A DNA stretch of 64,000 bases from positions 1,350,132 to 1,414,131 of the forward strand of contig JAWQFM010000010.1 of NCBI GenBank assembly GCA_033442325.1, read 5' to 3'. Every line of letters begins with the position of its first letter. Position 1 is the first letter of the stretch. Under the pieces are notes generated by a model. It was not told the origin of the DNA. It saw nothing but the letters and a program-made list of their open reading frames with translations, and did no database searches. Below are positions 25,707 to 57,497 of this stretch, in pieces. Position numbers and translations under genes: made by a program. This stretch comes from Salpingoeca rosetta (Eukaryota; Protista; Choanoflagellata).

Positions 25707-27375
25707 AACGTGCACAACGGTTGCCACGATGTCGTACATGGGAGAAAGCGAGAAGCGATGACGTGTCCACAAATGACGCAAATGCGCAGCCCGTTGGTGA
25801 CGAAAAATCAAAAGGGAACACCCCAACACACGCCAGCGTCTTTACATGCAGCAGCTGTGTGATTGTGCGTGCGTGCGTGTGTGTGTGCGTGTTGGCATCG
25901 TTGCCAGTGTGAGTGTATTCATGTCAAATGCGCGCAAGTGCAAGAAGAATGCATGTATGTGCATGTGGTGTGAGCGACGTGTGTTCGCCAACAGGAATTA
26001 TGGTGTGCAATATGAGCCAGTACCATTAACCGCCAGCAATCCACCTCTCGATTCCGCTCCCACAACACAATACACAACACAACACGCACACACACACACA
26101 ACACAACAGACACACACGCAACACACAACACACACGCAACACACACACACAAGCGCGTGACTACACACCTCGCAGCTTGCTCTGCCGGCCACAGCGATGA
26201 TGTGCTGGCAGCGCGGGGCCCAGGCCACGCCGCACACTTTCGGAAATTGCGAGCGGACGGAGTGGAGTGGAAGGCCTTTGGTGTCGGTCGTCATCTGCTG
26301 CCAGTTGAGCGGGAAGATGCTGACGTGCGCCGACGCGCTCGCAGCAACAAGCCCCGTGCTTTCCTCCCCTGTACAATTGGCCAGGTAAGAGAGCGCGTGA
26401 GTGAGTGTGTGTGAGCGCGTGTGTGCATGCACACAATCAACTGACTGTGACTGACATGTCCATGACCCTGTCATAATCATTTCCACACATGCCGTGTGTG
26501 TACACAAGATTGGAGTGACAACGACCCCCCCCCCTCCTGCAGCATCCCTGCTCTTGCTGCCACCACCATCACACACCTGACGGTGTCTTGTATGTCAGAG
26601 TGTCAAGCGACACGTGCCAATCAGCGGAAATGTATCCACGAAGAAGGTGGTGCGTCTGACAAAGGCAGACATAGAGGGATTGTGTGTGTGTGTGTGCGTG
26701 TGTGTGTGAACGTGTGTGTGTGTGTGTGTGTGTGCTTGCAGGCATGAATACGTGATTGTGTGCAGGTACTTGTACATGAGTGCATGCACGTGCAAGTGCG
26801 CATTGTTGCAGGGTCACAGCGTTGCCAGGCATCGCTGCACAGACGTCACGTGCTCGCACCTTCATGGTTGTCAGATGCACAATGACAATGTCTGCAAAGT
26901 CGCCCGCAATGGCAGCAAAATGGTCGTGACCAAACACCTGTGCGCGAAACAACAACAGCAGCAGCAGCAGGCGTGAGGCACACCAGCCCAAACATGTGGT
27001 GTGGAGCGCATCTCCATGCCAAGGAGCAATCTCGCATGTGGGTCGCTAAGCAGACACGCGCGTGCAGGGCTACGTGGGCGAACCTCCCAGGGCTCAGGCG
27101 GGGGGGGGGGGGGAAGGCAGGAAGGCTGTACCTCGATGGAGCGGATGCGGCCCGGCACGACGTGTTTGTGGAAGTGGACAAGGCGCCCGTCGCAGGGATC
27201 CATGATGGCAATTGCGCTGCAACGACGACGCAGCAGCAACAGCGTAGCAAAGGGGGAAAACATGGGGTGCAGAAGAGCTGGTCGTCAGACAGGTGAAACA
27301 AGAGATATCAATAGCAAGATACACTGAAGAATACAAGCATGCACATCGAACACACACACACACGCGCGCGCGCAT

Positions 27376-27458
<83 letters not shown>

Positions 27459-28250
27459 TGCACGCACCCGTCTGCAAACCCGCAAAGGACAGCGGTGTCC
27501 CGTGCTCTGCTGGGAAGATCCTTGTGGTAGTCGCGCCAGCACTCTGTGATGCACGTGACCTCTGCATTGCTGACGAGAGACAGGGTCACCGGCGTGATCT
27601 GACAAAATGCCCCAAACCACGTGACACACGACGAAAGTTGTCGGTGAAAGCATACATACATGAGACACTGTGAGATCGAAAGTGCACGCAACATCAAGCG
27701 AGGTCTGACAGAATGCAAAGGGCGGTTGCAGTCAGTGTGCGTGCTGGATGGCTGACGCCATGGATGATGGGTGTGCTTGCATTGTGCGCGACATGGCTGC
27801 GCACTGTACCTTGTCTTCCTTCAGAGACCAGAAGCACACCTACAACAATGGAATGGGGGCAAGAGGGAAGAGGGGTGTACTTGAAGTGAGCAAACACATG
27901 CAGCGATAGTGCAGTGATAGAAGCACACAGCCCAACAGGCTGCATGTGTCAAATCGCATGGCATCATCCAGCCAGAACAGCAACAAGTGTCATTCCTCAG
28001 CAGTTGCAATGCCACTCAGGACACAGTAAGCACACACGCACACACTTATCCACACACGCATATATGCAATCACACATAAACACACACACACACACACACA
28101 AAAAAAGAAAATAAAAGAGTTGCGCACTTGGCCTGTCCTTGTGCCTGTGACCACGTGTTGTCTGTCTCGTGTGGCAAACGTTGCAGACACGGCATGCTGC
28201 GCGTCGTCCGTGCACACCGCGAGCGGGATGCGCACACCAGTCGACCCCAT
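17470..28250 (-). CDS. WDR7: WD repeat protein 7 / rabconnectin-3 beta orthologue (many exons)
   Basis: MGSTGVRIPLAVC..HAVSA..VVTGTRTGQV, LHAHQGRVRCLF, SSGADFDLHIWD, YWLPPEESMVVSCTNGAAYIWQLETGHLE, LSLLLRW, LLARFWQ, VMRTLDPN, AVGAQDGKLTIFDLKT and QAHSAPISATAFDP..LITFS occur in the same order as WDR7 segments. Confidence 0.88.
22768..22926. repeat. Interrupted (CAA)n microsatellite in a WDR7 intron
   Basis: caa run with periodic cttaaa and cga interruptions. It produces spurious poly-Q/poly-N/poly-L/poly-C ORFs. Confidence 0.85.
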
Positions 28251-28311
28251 GATGATGTCCACAAGCTGGAGCACTGCTCGCTTCCTCTTCCTCTATCCTC
28301 GATCTTTCCTT

Positions 28312-28359
28312 CTGAATTCAGTTTACACGACTGAATTCAGTTTACACGACTGAATTCAG
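28312..28359. repeat. 19-bp tandem repeat containing three copies of the 10-bp palindrome CTGAATTCAG, in the 132-bp WDR7/glutaminase divergent spacer
   Basis: ctgaattcag tttacacga ctgaattcag tttacacga ctgaattcag, read directly. Confidence 0.9.
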
Positions 28360-28382
28360 GCGTACATGGATCGCTGACGACA

Positions 28383-32418
<4,036 letters not shown>

Positions 32419-32668
32419 CCACGCATAGTCAACCGTTGAGTGCGAGTGGGCACTTGCCCCTCCCCCACCCCTTGCTACATGACAACCTCTTTCGTAAGCT
32501 CACTGACGGGCAGCAAGCAATTGAACAGCATTCATTGGTCAAGGAAGCAAGAAGTGAGTGAGAAGGGTCAAGGTGTGACGAGTGAAGAAGAACCACCACA
32601 ACACCACGCATCACCCATCCGTCACACATCACACCACAACAACACAACACACAACACGACAACACACC

Positions 32669-33619
32669 ATGTCTGACAGGGTCGTTGACCCGTCTGCGTG
32701 GGAGGATGCATTGAGACCAGAGGATGTGGCGGCCGTGGCTGCGCTACAAGAGGCAGCCCCACCGCCCCCTTCTGTGTTGTCGCCGTTGTCATCATCGTCG
32801 GCAGCGACAGGCCCTCACGCGCACACCAACAAGATGGGCCACAAGCGCCGCAGTCGCGGTGCGCGCACGAAGCAGAATGACCTTGTGGGCACGCAGTCTG
32901 AGCGGGCGTCGCGGGCGCTGCGCAACGCCGTCAGCAAGGCCGACTATGAGGCCATGCTTGGAGCTGTAGACGACGGTGCGGACGTCAACTTTGCAGATGA
33001 GAAGGGCCGCACGGCATTGCACTTTGCAGCCGCCGCTGGACGCGACACCTTCGTGCAGTTCCTCATCTCCCAAGGAGCAGACCCCAACAAGCAGGACTCA
33101 AATGGTGTGTCTGTGTGTCTCTGTGTGTGTCTGTGTCTGTGTCTGTGTGCCTGTGTGTGTCTGTCTGTGTGTCTGTGTCTGTGTCTGTGTGTGTGTGTGT
33201 GTGTGTCTGTGTCTGTGTCTGGTCTGTGCCTCTGTGTCTGTCTGTCTGTCTGTCTGTCTGTGTGTGTGTCTGTGTCTGTGTGTGTCTGTGTGTGTCTGTC
33301 TGTCTGCCTGTCTCGATATCTTGTTGTGCACTTGTCACAACTCATCGCTGTTCATCGGTTCACACCCGCTCTCCTCCGGCTTGACCATAGGCAACACCGC
33401 ACTGCACTTGGCGGCGTGCACGAACAACATCAAGGTCATCACTGCACTCGTGGACGGTGGCTGCGACATCAACATGCGCGATGGTACTGCTGCGTGTGGC
33501 GTGTTGCGTGCGCGAATGTGTGCGTGTGTGTGTCTGTCTGTCTGTCTGTGTATGAGCCTGTATGAGGACGAAGAGGGCATGTCACTGCGCTATTGGCTGC
33601 GTCGAGTGCGTGCTGCAAC

Positions 33620-33670
<51 letters not shown>

Positions 33671-34062
33671 ACACACATCGATCTCACTCGCTCGCTCGCA
33701 CACAGGCAAGGGGCGAACACCGATTCACTTTGCGCAGTCGCATCTGCAGTTGCTGCGGCGTTACTCAAGCGACCCGGAGGCGTATCGGGGCAAAGTGCTC
33801 GACGTACGTATGACAGCAGTGGGTACACACGAGTCAGTACGCACACGCGAGCCTCATCATACACCCTTGAGGTTCGTGGTGGCTCTCCTGTTGTCATTGT
33901 TAGGACACTCATGTTGCTGTCATCCACCCCTGTGCCGTGCTGTGTTGTGTGCCATCCATATCAGGTGGTGAACCTCTTGCTGGCATACTCCCGACGACAC
34001 AACCGCGAAGCCGTCGAAGGCTTGAACGACGTGAGTTGCGCAAGTGGTGGCCTTGTCTGTCT

Positions 34063-34101
<39 letters not shown>

Positions 34102-34368
34102 TGTCTGTCTGTCTGTGTATCGGTCTATGTCTGTGTCTTAGTGTGGCGGCATACGCGCACGTACATGCACACACGCACACACGCACACACACACACACAC
34201 ACGAGTGCACATTGTACCAGCATCCACCCCCGCGTGTCTCACCATCATGACATCTCCTCTGTGCCCTCGTTGCAACAGCTGGTATCCCGCATCTCCACGC
34301 ATTCGCTGGATGAGCTTGAAGACGTCCTCGGCGAGTTTGTCAACATGTCCCTCGCATCCCTCGAGTAG
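32669..34368 (+). CDS. ANKRD54: Ankyrin repeat protein, ANKRD54-like (multi-exon)
   Basis: [70 protein letters not shown], ending [16 protein letters not shown]. Closely resembles animal ANKRD54 as I recall it. Confidence 0.8.
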
Positions 34369-34552
34369 ACACACACACGCACACGCACACGCACACACGC
34401 ACACGCACACGCACGCACGCACGCGTAAACATTTGTCCACAACAGGCTCGTTATTGCACATATGCGCTTGCTCGTTATGAATAAGGCTGGTCTATTGAAT
34501 TGTATGACGAGACCTGCCTGTGTACACACACACACACACAGACACACACACA

Positions 34553-34617
<65 letters not shown>

Positions 34618-34821
34618 GAAGTGTAGCTGGAATAGATGACTCCAAAGCGTATGCGTGAAAGACGACACAACCTGGCATCATTCAAGCAATGCACACATAT
34701 ACGCACACACAGAGGCATGCACACACATACACACACACACAGGCACGCTCTCTCTTCCCCTCCCCTCTGCAGCCCTCCTGCTATCGCTATCTGTTTCTCA
34801 AGTCAATGATGTCATGTCACG

Positions 34822-43417
<8,596 letters not shown>

Positions 43418-43587
43418 CGTCGGAGTGTGTGAGAAGAAGAAGAATGACGCAAATTCAAGACCAAGCAAGGACAACAACGAAGATGGTGCGTTGCTTGCTT
43501 GTTTGCTTGCTTTGCTTTGCTTGCTGTGTTTGGCTTGCACTGCATGTTGTGCATGCTGGATGCTCACTGACGTTCGCTCGCTTTGGG

Positions 43588-44024
43588 ATGCAGGGGTGGA
43601 ACACGTTGGTGGTGGTGCTGATGTTATGCATCGTCGCCGTGGTGGTAGCACCTCTCGGCTTGGAGCTCATGCTCACCATCGCCGAAAGGTGTGTTTGGTC
43701 GTGCGCGCGCGCGCGCGTGTGTGTCTGTGTGTGTGTCTGTGTGTGTGTCTGTGTGTGTGTCTGTGTGTGTGTCTGTGTGTGTGTCTGTGTGTGTGTGTGT
43801 GTCTGTGTGTGTGTGTCTGTGTGTGTGTGTCTGTGTGTGTGTCTGTGTGTGAGGGAGAGAGGTACTCACGGTTGCTGTTCGGTCGATTACTTGCTTTCTG
43901 ATCATGTGTGCGCTCAGGTTTGGCTTTCCTGGTGTGCGACGGAGCCGTGCCATGTTCAGAGTGGCAGCAGCCCTTGATCGGTGAGAGAGTGTGTCTGTCT
44001 GTGTCTGTGTGTGTACGTGTGTGT

Positions 44025-44069
<45 letters not shown>

Positions 44070-44481
44070 TGTGTCTGTGTCTGTGTGTGCGTTTGCGTTT
44101 GCGTTTGCGTTTGCCTGTGCCTTTCTTTGCCAGTGACATCCACTGCCACTGACCCACTGACCCTCTGACACTCTGACCCTCTGATGCTCTGACACCCTGA
44201 CCCCCCCCCCACCTTCTTTGCTTAGCGGGAGTGTGATGGCCGAGTACGGGGTGGCTGTGGCAACACTGGCCATGATCCTGGTGCCCATCTACTTGCACTT
44301 TTGGGAGTACGCGCCGTTCTGGGAGTCCACGCACCGGCACCAGCACGACACGTTCCACTTTGTAGTGTATCACCTGCTGCCGTCTGTTTGGATCAACTCC
44401 AACCTCCTCTACCACTTTTACCTCGCCTGCACTATCAAGCCCGATTCTCCGCGCCCAACCAACAGAGGACGGTGTGTTTCT

Positions 44482-44520
<39 letters not shown>

Positions 44521-45726
44521 TGCGTCTGTGTGTGTGTGTGTGTCTGCGTCTGTATATGCGTTTGTGTCTTCCTGTCTGTGTCTCTTTGTGTCTCTCGCTG
44601 CCTCTCCGTCCGCCGACGTTTATATTTCCCTGTTGCCCATTCTCTCACGTGATACTTCAACCACACACACACACACCCATGCGTATGAACGCACCCTCGC
44701 CATGGGTGCTCACAGGCGATGCAAGGTGTGCAAAGGCCCAAAACCGCTTCGAAGTCACCACTGCTCGACGTGTAACCGCTGCGTGGAGAAGATGGACCAC
44801 CACTGCCCATTCACAGCCAACTGTGTTGGCAAAGGGAACCACAAGTACTTTTATCTCTTCGTGGTACGTGGCTTCCACATGGCTGTTTCCCCTGTTCATG
44901 TGGCTGTGCTTTGAGGGGCAGTCGGAGGGAGCTGCATGTGAGGTTCCACCCAAACGGAAGCGTAAACCCCCACTCACTCACACATTCACACACCCACATA
45001 CACACACCCACACACTCACTCACTCACTTACTCACTCACTTACTCACTCACTCACTCACACTCACACACTCACTCACTCACACACTCACACACTCACTCA
45101 CACATTCACACACCCACATACACACACACACACTCACTCACTCACTCACTCACTCACTCACTCACTCACTCACTCACTCACTCACTCACTCACTTACTCA
45201 CACACACACACGCACGCACACACACACACGCACGCACACACACACGCGCACACACACACACTCATGTTTTTCTCATGCACAGACGTACGGGTGGTTTGCG
45301 ACGGTGTACGCGCTCTGGCTCTCCATCCACCCGTACTTGGAGTGCGTGGAGATGGCAGATGTTACCGCCGACAAGGACGCGGGGCTGGGCGAAGAGGTGG
45401 AGGAAGAGGCCCCAAACATGTTTGAGCACTGCGAAGGATGGGACAGCCTGAAGGTTCGCCTGTTCTTTGCCTCTGTCGCCGCGGCTGCACTGCTCACGGC
45501 GTTCTGGCTCTTTGTCACGTACCTCGTCTACACGGACACGACGACGATTGAGTTTCTCAGCTTCTCCGAGCGCAAGCGGCAACGCGAGAGCATCACTGTC
45601 AACAAGGAGCCACACTTGCTCAACAACCTGCAGGACGTGCTTGGGCCCTGGCGCTTTTGGTGGAGGTGGCTTGTTCCCGTCCCGCTCTTGCACCACAGCA
45701 TACCGCAGTGGCACGAAGACAAGTAG
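43588..45726 (+). CDS. DHHC-type zinc finger protein S-palmitoyltransferase (multi-exon)
   Basis: [51 protein letters not shown] motif, several TM segments, [15 protein letters not shown]. Confidence 0.93.
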
Positions 45727-46583
45727 ACAAACAGAGACGCGACAACACGGCAACACGGCAATGCGACAACACGAAACACAGCACACTACACCTTGTCACG
45801 GGTGCCCGTGAAGGTGCTGTTGTTTGTTATCAGCACGTTGACACGATGAAGGCACGCCCGTGGGAAGTTGGTGATGGGGAGGGGGGGCTCTAAAGCTGCA
45901 TCTCAACATCAAAAGCAAACCTGAGCCACCACACACACACACACGCACGCACACGCAGACACACACACTCGAACGTTTGAAACACGTGTTTGGTTTGAAC
46001 CCACCCAATGTGTTTGTGTTCTGTGTGTCGAGTTTGACTTCAAGACTTCAGCTGTGAGAGTCAGCCAGCCCATTGCTTCGTTGCACGTGCACGCGATCAA
46101 GCGCACGCGCAACTGCTGCCGCTGCTTCGCAAGCATCAATCAACCCGTCAACTGAGCGACCATGATCGTGATCATGCGTAGGTGTCATCACACTACACAA
46201 AGCCTGCCAGCGGTTGGTAACCGTTTTCCTCCTCCCAACACAAACACGCTGCAACCACTGCGCGAGTGCACGGCGCGTGCATGCAGTGTGGCAGCGCCAC
46301 AACAAGCGCAGAAGCGCAGAAGGAAGTGAGGCAGTTATCACGACTGCCAGCCGCGGTGATCGTCTGCTTCACACAACCACACAGCCACACAGCCACACAG
46401 CCACACAGCCACAAGGCCCTCCACAGCTTCTTCAGCTTGTGCAGACAGCTCGACTCTCACTCACTTTTTGTCCAGTCATCAAAGACGCTCGCGCATCATC
46501 AGTTTCTTCTTCATCACCACCCCTCTCCCTCCATTCCGCCCGCCACCTCTCGTCTCAGCGTTCACCCCTGAGTCGCCAGGAAG

Positions 46584-51301
<4,718 letters not shown>

Positions 51302-51727
51302 TGACCATGTTTGAATCAATGTGTCAATGTGGTAGTGTTACTGTTGTGAAGTATGTGACACGATACCTGCTGTTTTGCTGCTTCCTCCATCTCTTACTTG
51401 AATGCTGTGCCTTAGTGTGAATAATGCTTCTGGTCCTGAGCTTTGCTTCTGCCGTCTCTGCTCTCTCATGGTTTGTGTTCTTCGTGCTTTCGTGGGTCCT
51501 TGAGGGGTTGCACTGCTACTGCATTGTGTGCCGCTGCACTGTGTGTGGTCCTACTCTATGGATGACAAAGATTTCGATTGCGAAAGAAGGTCAGCAAGCA
51601 AGCAAGTCGCGAAGCGAGTCGGGTGCGAGGAAGCATGCGACATGAAGACATGAACTTTGGATGCCCAGCAGTAACAACATTCATGGGACACAACAAAATC
51701 GCTCCCACACAAACAAAGCAAGAGAGG

Positions 51728-51909
51728 ATGTCGTGGTGGGTTGCTGGTGCGCGTGTGGGCAGCGGGAAGCTGCCGGTTCTGGCGTTGAGGAGAGGAGGGG
51801 TCAGGCTTGGTGTTGTCGCTGGTGCGGCTGCCACGGCATCAACAAGGGCGATCCGTGCCTTTACCTCGTTTCCATCCGACACACCAGGTGTGTGTGTGTG
51901 TTGTGTGTG

Positions 51910-51965
<56 letters not shown>

Positions 51966-52575
51966 GGTGTGAGTGCGAGATAGGGATTCTGAGTTTCCCC
52001 CCGCACAATGGAATTACATGAACTACTTTTTTTTTTTTATTTTTTTAAAGATGGTAAACATTGTCAAAAAAATGACAAAANNNNNNNNNNNNNNNNNNNN
52101 NNNNNNNNNNNNNNNNNNNNNNNNNNNNNNNNNNNNNNNNNNNNNNNNNNNNNNNNNNNNNNNNNNNNNNNNNNNNNNNNNNNNNNNNNNNNNNNNNNNN
52201 NNNNNNNNNNNNNNNNNNNNNNNNNNNNNNNNNNNNNNNNNNNNNNNNNNNNNNNNNNNNNNNNNNNNNNNNNNNNNNNNNNNNNNNNNNNNNNNNNNNN
52301 NNNNNNNNNNNNNNNNNNNNNNNNNNNNNNNNNNNNNNNNNNNNNNNNNNNNNNNNNNNNNNNNNNNNNNNNNNNNNNNNNNNNNNNNNNNNNNNNNNNN
52401 NNNNNNNNNNNNNNNNNNNNNNNNNNNNNNNNNNNNNNNNNNNNNNNNNNNNNNNNNNNNNNNNNNNNNNNNNNNNNGTGTGTGTGTGTGTGTGTGTTGT
52501 GCCGTGTGTGTGAGTGAGTGTGTGTGTGTTGTGCGTGTGTGTGTGTTGTGTGTGTGTGAGTGTGTGTGTGTGTGA

Positions 52576-52613
<38 letters not shown>

Positions 52614-55005
52614 GTGTGCGTGTCTACTCGCTGTGTTGCCTTTGCTTGTGTATGGATTCAAGCCAGAGCACTTTGTGTGGCGCTACCACACGCTCACGCA
52701 CACACACTCGCGCGTGCACATATTTGCACGCACCTTTGTAGTTGACGCGCTTGTGGCACGTGTGCAGGAGGAACTGGCGGCAATCTACCCTCGCGCGCAG
52801 CAGGTACACGATGGAGCACAGGCAAGCTACATTCCGGAGCTGGAGAAGGTCAACCCGGAGCTGTTTGCCATCGCCCTGTGCGGGCCCAACGGCCACTTCT
52901 GGAGCATCGGCGACGCCACCATCCCGTTTACCCTGCAGTCGTGCGTCAAGCCAATCCTGTACAACGTGGCACTTGACCTTGCAGGAGAGCGCGTGCACGA
53001 CCACATTGGGCATGAGCCGAGCGGCAAGCGCTTCAACGCATTCGAGCTCGATGAGAACCACAAGCCACACAACCCCATGATCAACTCCGGTGCCATCATG
53101 GCCTCTGCCCTCATCCGATCCCAATTTACACAGAAGGTCAGGCAGCGGCTGTGTGTGTTGTGTGTGTGTGTGATATTGTGGTGTGTGTTGTGTGTGCTGG
53201 TGTGTGCGTGTGTGTGTGATATTGTGTATGTGTGCGTGCGTGTGATATTGTGTGTGTGCTGGTGTGTATGTGTATGTGATACCGTGCGTGTGTGTGTGTG
53301 TGTTGCGTCGTGTGTTTGTGTGTGCTGGTGTGATTAAGCGTGTGCCTGCGTACGTGTGTGCTCTTGCGAGTTCTCGAGGTGACTGACCCAGAACGCATCC
53401 ACGATGCTTTGACTCACATCACGTGTATCCCCGCCCCCCCCCCCAACACACACATGGCATCGCCAGGCGGAGCCCTACAATGCACTGCAGGCGTTCACGG
53501 AGCGGGCCATCGGCAAGATGTCACCGGTCAACTTCAACAACAGCGTGTATCTGTCCGAGCTTGGCCACGCCGCGCGCAACTACGCGCTGACCTACTTCAT
53601 GCAGGAGCACAGCGAGCTTCTCAAGCACACGAGCGTGGAGGAGGTGCTGCACCTCTACTTCCAGGCGTGCTCCATGTCCACAGACGTCAGGGGCCTGGCT
53701 GTTCTCGCGGCTACGTATGCGATGGGCGGCATGTGTCCCATCACCAACGAGCGCGTCATGGATCCGCACCACGCGCAAGCCGCCCTCTCGCTCATGTACA
53801 ACTGCGGCATGTACGACTACAGCGGGCGGTTTGCGTTTGAGGTTGGCATTCCCGCCAAGAGCGGCGTGTCTGGCGCCCTCTTCCTCAGCGTCCCGGGCAA
53901 GCTTGGCATCGCCATCTACAGCCCGCGCGTGGATGCCCTTGGCAACACTGTCCGCGGTCTCTATGTTGCTGCGCAGCTCGTCAGGGCCATCCCGGAGCTG
54001 CATGTGTTCAGCACCACGCGCCTCACGCACGAGATGGTTTGTTTGTGCGTGTGTTTGTGTGTGATTGTGTGATGCGTGCTGGTGTGTGCTGGTATGTGTG
54101 TGTGTGCTGGTATGTGCATGTGTGTGTGTGCGTGTGTACTGGTATGTGTGTGTGTGTCTGTGTCTGTGTGTCTGTGTCTGTGTGTCTGTGTGTCTGTATG
54201 TGTGTGTGTGTGTGCTCGTTGTCTGTGCATCAATATGTATTTTCTTGAATGAGAAGCTCACACCTGTGCTGTTGTGTGCGGTTTCGTGCACCCTCTTCAA
54301 CCACCACCAACCACCAACCACCAACCACCACCACTGCCAATAGGATGTGCCAAAAGCGGGGGACACGGAGCACCTTCACCTCATGCTGATGCAGTTTGTT
54401 GCGCACGGCGATGCCGCGAAAGTGCACGAGCTCGTCTCCAACACCAGCGTGAATGTCAACGGCACCAACCCCGACGGCCGCACCGCCCTTCTCGAGGCAT
54501 TGGCGGCAGGTGTGTGTGTGTGTGTGTGTCTGTGTGTCTGTGTGTGTGTGTGTCTGTGTCTGTGTGTCTGTGTGTGCGTGTGTGCGTGTGTGCATGCGTG
54601 CGTGCATCTGTGTGCCTGTCTGCTGGACTCCAAACCTGACTGGTTTGTGCGCTTACCACTGGCCCTGCACCACTCACGCTATCCCCCCCCCCCCTTTCGC
54701 GTGCGTGCATCCAATCCATTTGCATGCTAGGGAGGGGAGACATAGCCTCGTATCTGCTGGCGCACGGCGCAGACCCAGCGGTGACGGACCACTTTGGCAA
54801 CACGCCCATGTCGGAGGCGGAGCGCCACAACCTGCAGCACATCCTGGACCCGACAGGCACCAACTTCAATAACGACAACTACAACAACGACGACAGCACC
54901 ACCACCACCACCAGCAGCAGCAGCGTGGATGAGGTGGACAGCACCAATGGCGGTGATGTCAGTGGTGACGGTGATGGTGACGGCGAAGAAACTGCGAAAT
55001 GGTAG
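51728..55005 (+). CDS. GLS: Glutaminase B with putative mitochondrial presequence and C-terminal ankyrin repeats
   Basis: Exon 51728-51887 ([39 protein letters not shown], phase 1) joins in frame to the exon at 52742. [66 protein letters not shown]. Further exons could hide in gap 52081-52477. Confidence 0.92.
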
Positions 55006-55141
55006 CACTTCTTCTTTCGTCTTGGCGTGTGCTGTTTTTGTTGTTGGCTACATTGCTCGTTCGTTTGCGCGTTTGAAGGCATGTAAAAGACCTCGGCAGA
55101 AAGGCAGCGACAGTAAGGCATGGTTATTTAGGCCACACACT

Positions 55142-55176
<35 letters not shown>

Positions 55177-55247
55177 TCACTCACACACACACACTCACAC
55201 ACACACTCACACACACACTCACACACACACTCACACACACACACACA

Positions 55248-55306
<59 letters not shown>

Positions 55307-55764
55307 CGCCTCCACCACTGCCGCGCAAAATTTGAATTGACAAACAATTGCGATGGCGGATATGGGAGTTGTGCAACTGACACACACAGCGTTCCAAGAG
55401 GCACCAGGTACTTTGTGTGCACTGGATGCTGGTCCTCCTGCCTTCTGACGTGTTCCATCGCCTTCTGCGCGACGGCAGTTGCGACGACTGCTGCAGGTAT
55501 TGTGCAAGTGGCACCTCACCAGCATGTCCCCACGACGAACACGAACACGCCCCACACGCCCCACGAACACGCACGAACAACAAGGCAAGCAAGTGATGGC
55601 GCCAGCGGGGAACACGGCGGCGTGCCGACCGTGATCACTTTTCATTTGGACAGGGTTCCATACAAAGCGACAGCAGGGAGAAGACAACAAGGACAAGAAG
55701 CGTCAACACAACACAACACAACACAACACTCCACAACACTCCACAACACAGCTGCACCTGAAGG

Positions 55765-57411
55765 ATGGAGGAACAGCAAGTCACCGCCATCGGCGGCACC
55801 GTCTGGTGCCTTGACACAACGGGAGTGGATATCGTTCCAACGCAACACCACCAACAACAGCAGCACCACCACCAACACCATCAGCGGGCTCAGCGTGGCC
55901 AACAGCCACGAAACGAGCTGCACCACCAGCAACAGCTCACCGCCATGGCACTTTGCATTGCGCAGCCCGAAGATGACGTCCTCATGCACAGCAAAACGGC
56001 AGCGTCGCTTTCGCCCTTCAGCCAGTTCTGTGCGACAGTCCTCAACCGGCAACGTGAGCAGGTCATCTGCTTTACCGAGACAGAGAAGGAGCAGCGCGGA
56101 CGGCGGCAACAGGGCGCCCTCGACGTGCTTCCCGACACGGTCCTGCGTGCTCTCAGCGACTCAAACAAGCGCGTGGTTGCGCACGCAGACCTGTTTCCAC
56201 ACTTGCAGCAGCACGACGTCACCGCATCCCCTTCAGCCCTGCAGCGTGCAACGCCAACCACCGCCCTGAACCGCCTAATCTATCGCGACGCCAACACACC
56301 AGACGTTCCACCGGTGCGCGTGTGTGTTTGTGTTGCGTGTTTGTCTGTGTGCGTGTTTGTCTGTGTTTGTCTGTGTGTTTGTGTGTGTTTGTGTGCGTAC
56401 ATACGTGTGCAAGGTTCAAGAGCAACATGAAACTGCAAGTCTCGTTGCGATTGTCATTCCTAACTGCTGCTGTAGTCGCGTATATGACGTTAACCAGACG
56501 CATTAACTTCTACCTTTCCCTGTCGTCATACAGGTGCTGCAAGACAGCGGTCTGAAAGTAAAGACACCGCATGGCCTGAGCACGACCAGTGCAGAGGATG
56601 TGCTTGCGCTGTACAACCGAGTGCAAGCAGAGAACACGGACAGCGATGTGCTGATTGAGCTCATCGTGCGGGACGTGGCTGGGATGGCCACCAGCACGCT
56701 CGTGCCCCGCCCAGATGCCCTCAGGTGTGTATTGTGTATGTGCGTGTGTGTTTGTATCGTATATGTATGTGTATGTGCATGTGTGTGTGTATGTGCCTAT
56801 GTGCATGGCTGTGCCTGTACGCGCCTGAATGCGCTTGTTGAGATGATACGTACTCGCACACTATTGCGTGTTTGTGTCTGCGTTTGTCTCTGTGTGCGCG
56901 TGCTCGTCTCGTACCTTCCAACGCCTTCACCTGCTCCATCCAAGTTGCGTCAGTGCTGACACGTGTGCACTGTTTGTCTTGGACACAGCACAACCCTGGA
57001 ACAGCAGACGATGGCGCCACGACGCGTTGTTGACACGTGGACCGTGCGGGCCATGCCCAAGCACACGTTTGTGGATTCAACGACAATCTTCATCCCCTTT
57101 GCACATCAGGAGCTGCTGTCTGCGTACCAACTGCACATCTCGAGCGAGCGCGGCTGTTCGCTTCGCTTCTGTCCGCCGCCACCAGCGCTATCGTCTGCAG
57201 TGAATGAGCTGCTCACTGTCAGCAAGCGCCTGATGCAAGAAAGCCCCATCTGCGAGTACGCGTTTGGAGGATTCACGTTTGTGCTCAACAGCACCAGCAC
57301 ATATCTCATCGACGTCACCCTCGTCAGTATCCCGTGTGTGTGTATCTGTGTGTGCGTGTGTGTGTGCGTGTGTGCGTGCGTGTGTGCGTGCGTGTGTGCG
57401 TGCGTGTGTGC

Positions 57412-57497
<86 letters not shown>

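Noticed and set aside
28312-28359. Mini CRISPR array
   Set aside because: The repeat is only 10 bp, the 9-bp spacers are identical, and the context is eukaryotic with no cas genes.
51556-52008. Minus-strand ORF as an independent gene
   Set aside because: The plus-strand reading gives a presequence-like exon with a phase-compatible donor for glutaminase B, which is more parsimonious.
51975-52080. AT-rich stretch suggesting foreign DNA (similar stretch at 35532-35700)
   Set aside because: It is immediately adjacent to a gap and consistent with degraded read ends.
54794-55764. 491-aa ORF bridging glutaminase B and the ATP-grasp gene (possible fusion)
   Set aside because: It is out of frame with both genes and runs through a CA microsatellite. 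Glutaminase B has its own stop at 55003-55005.
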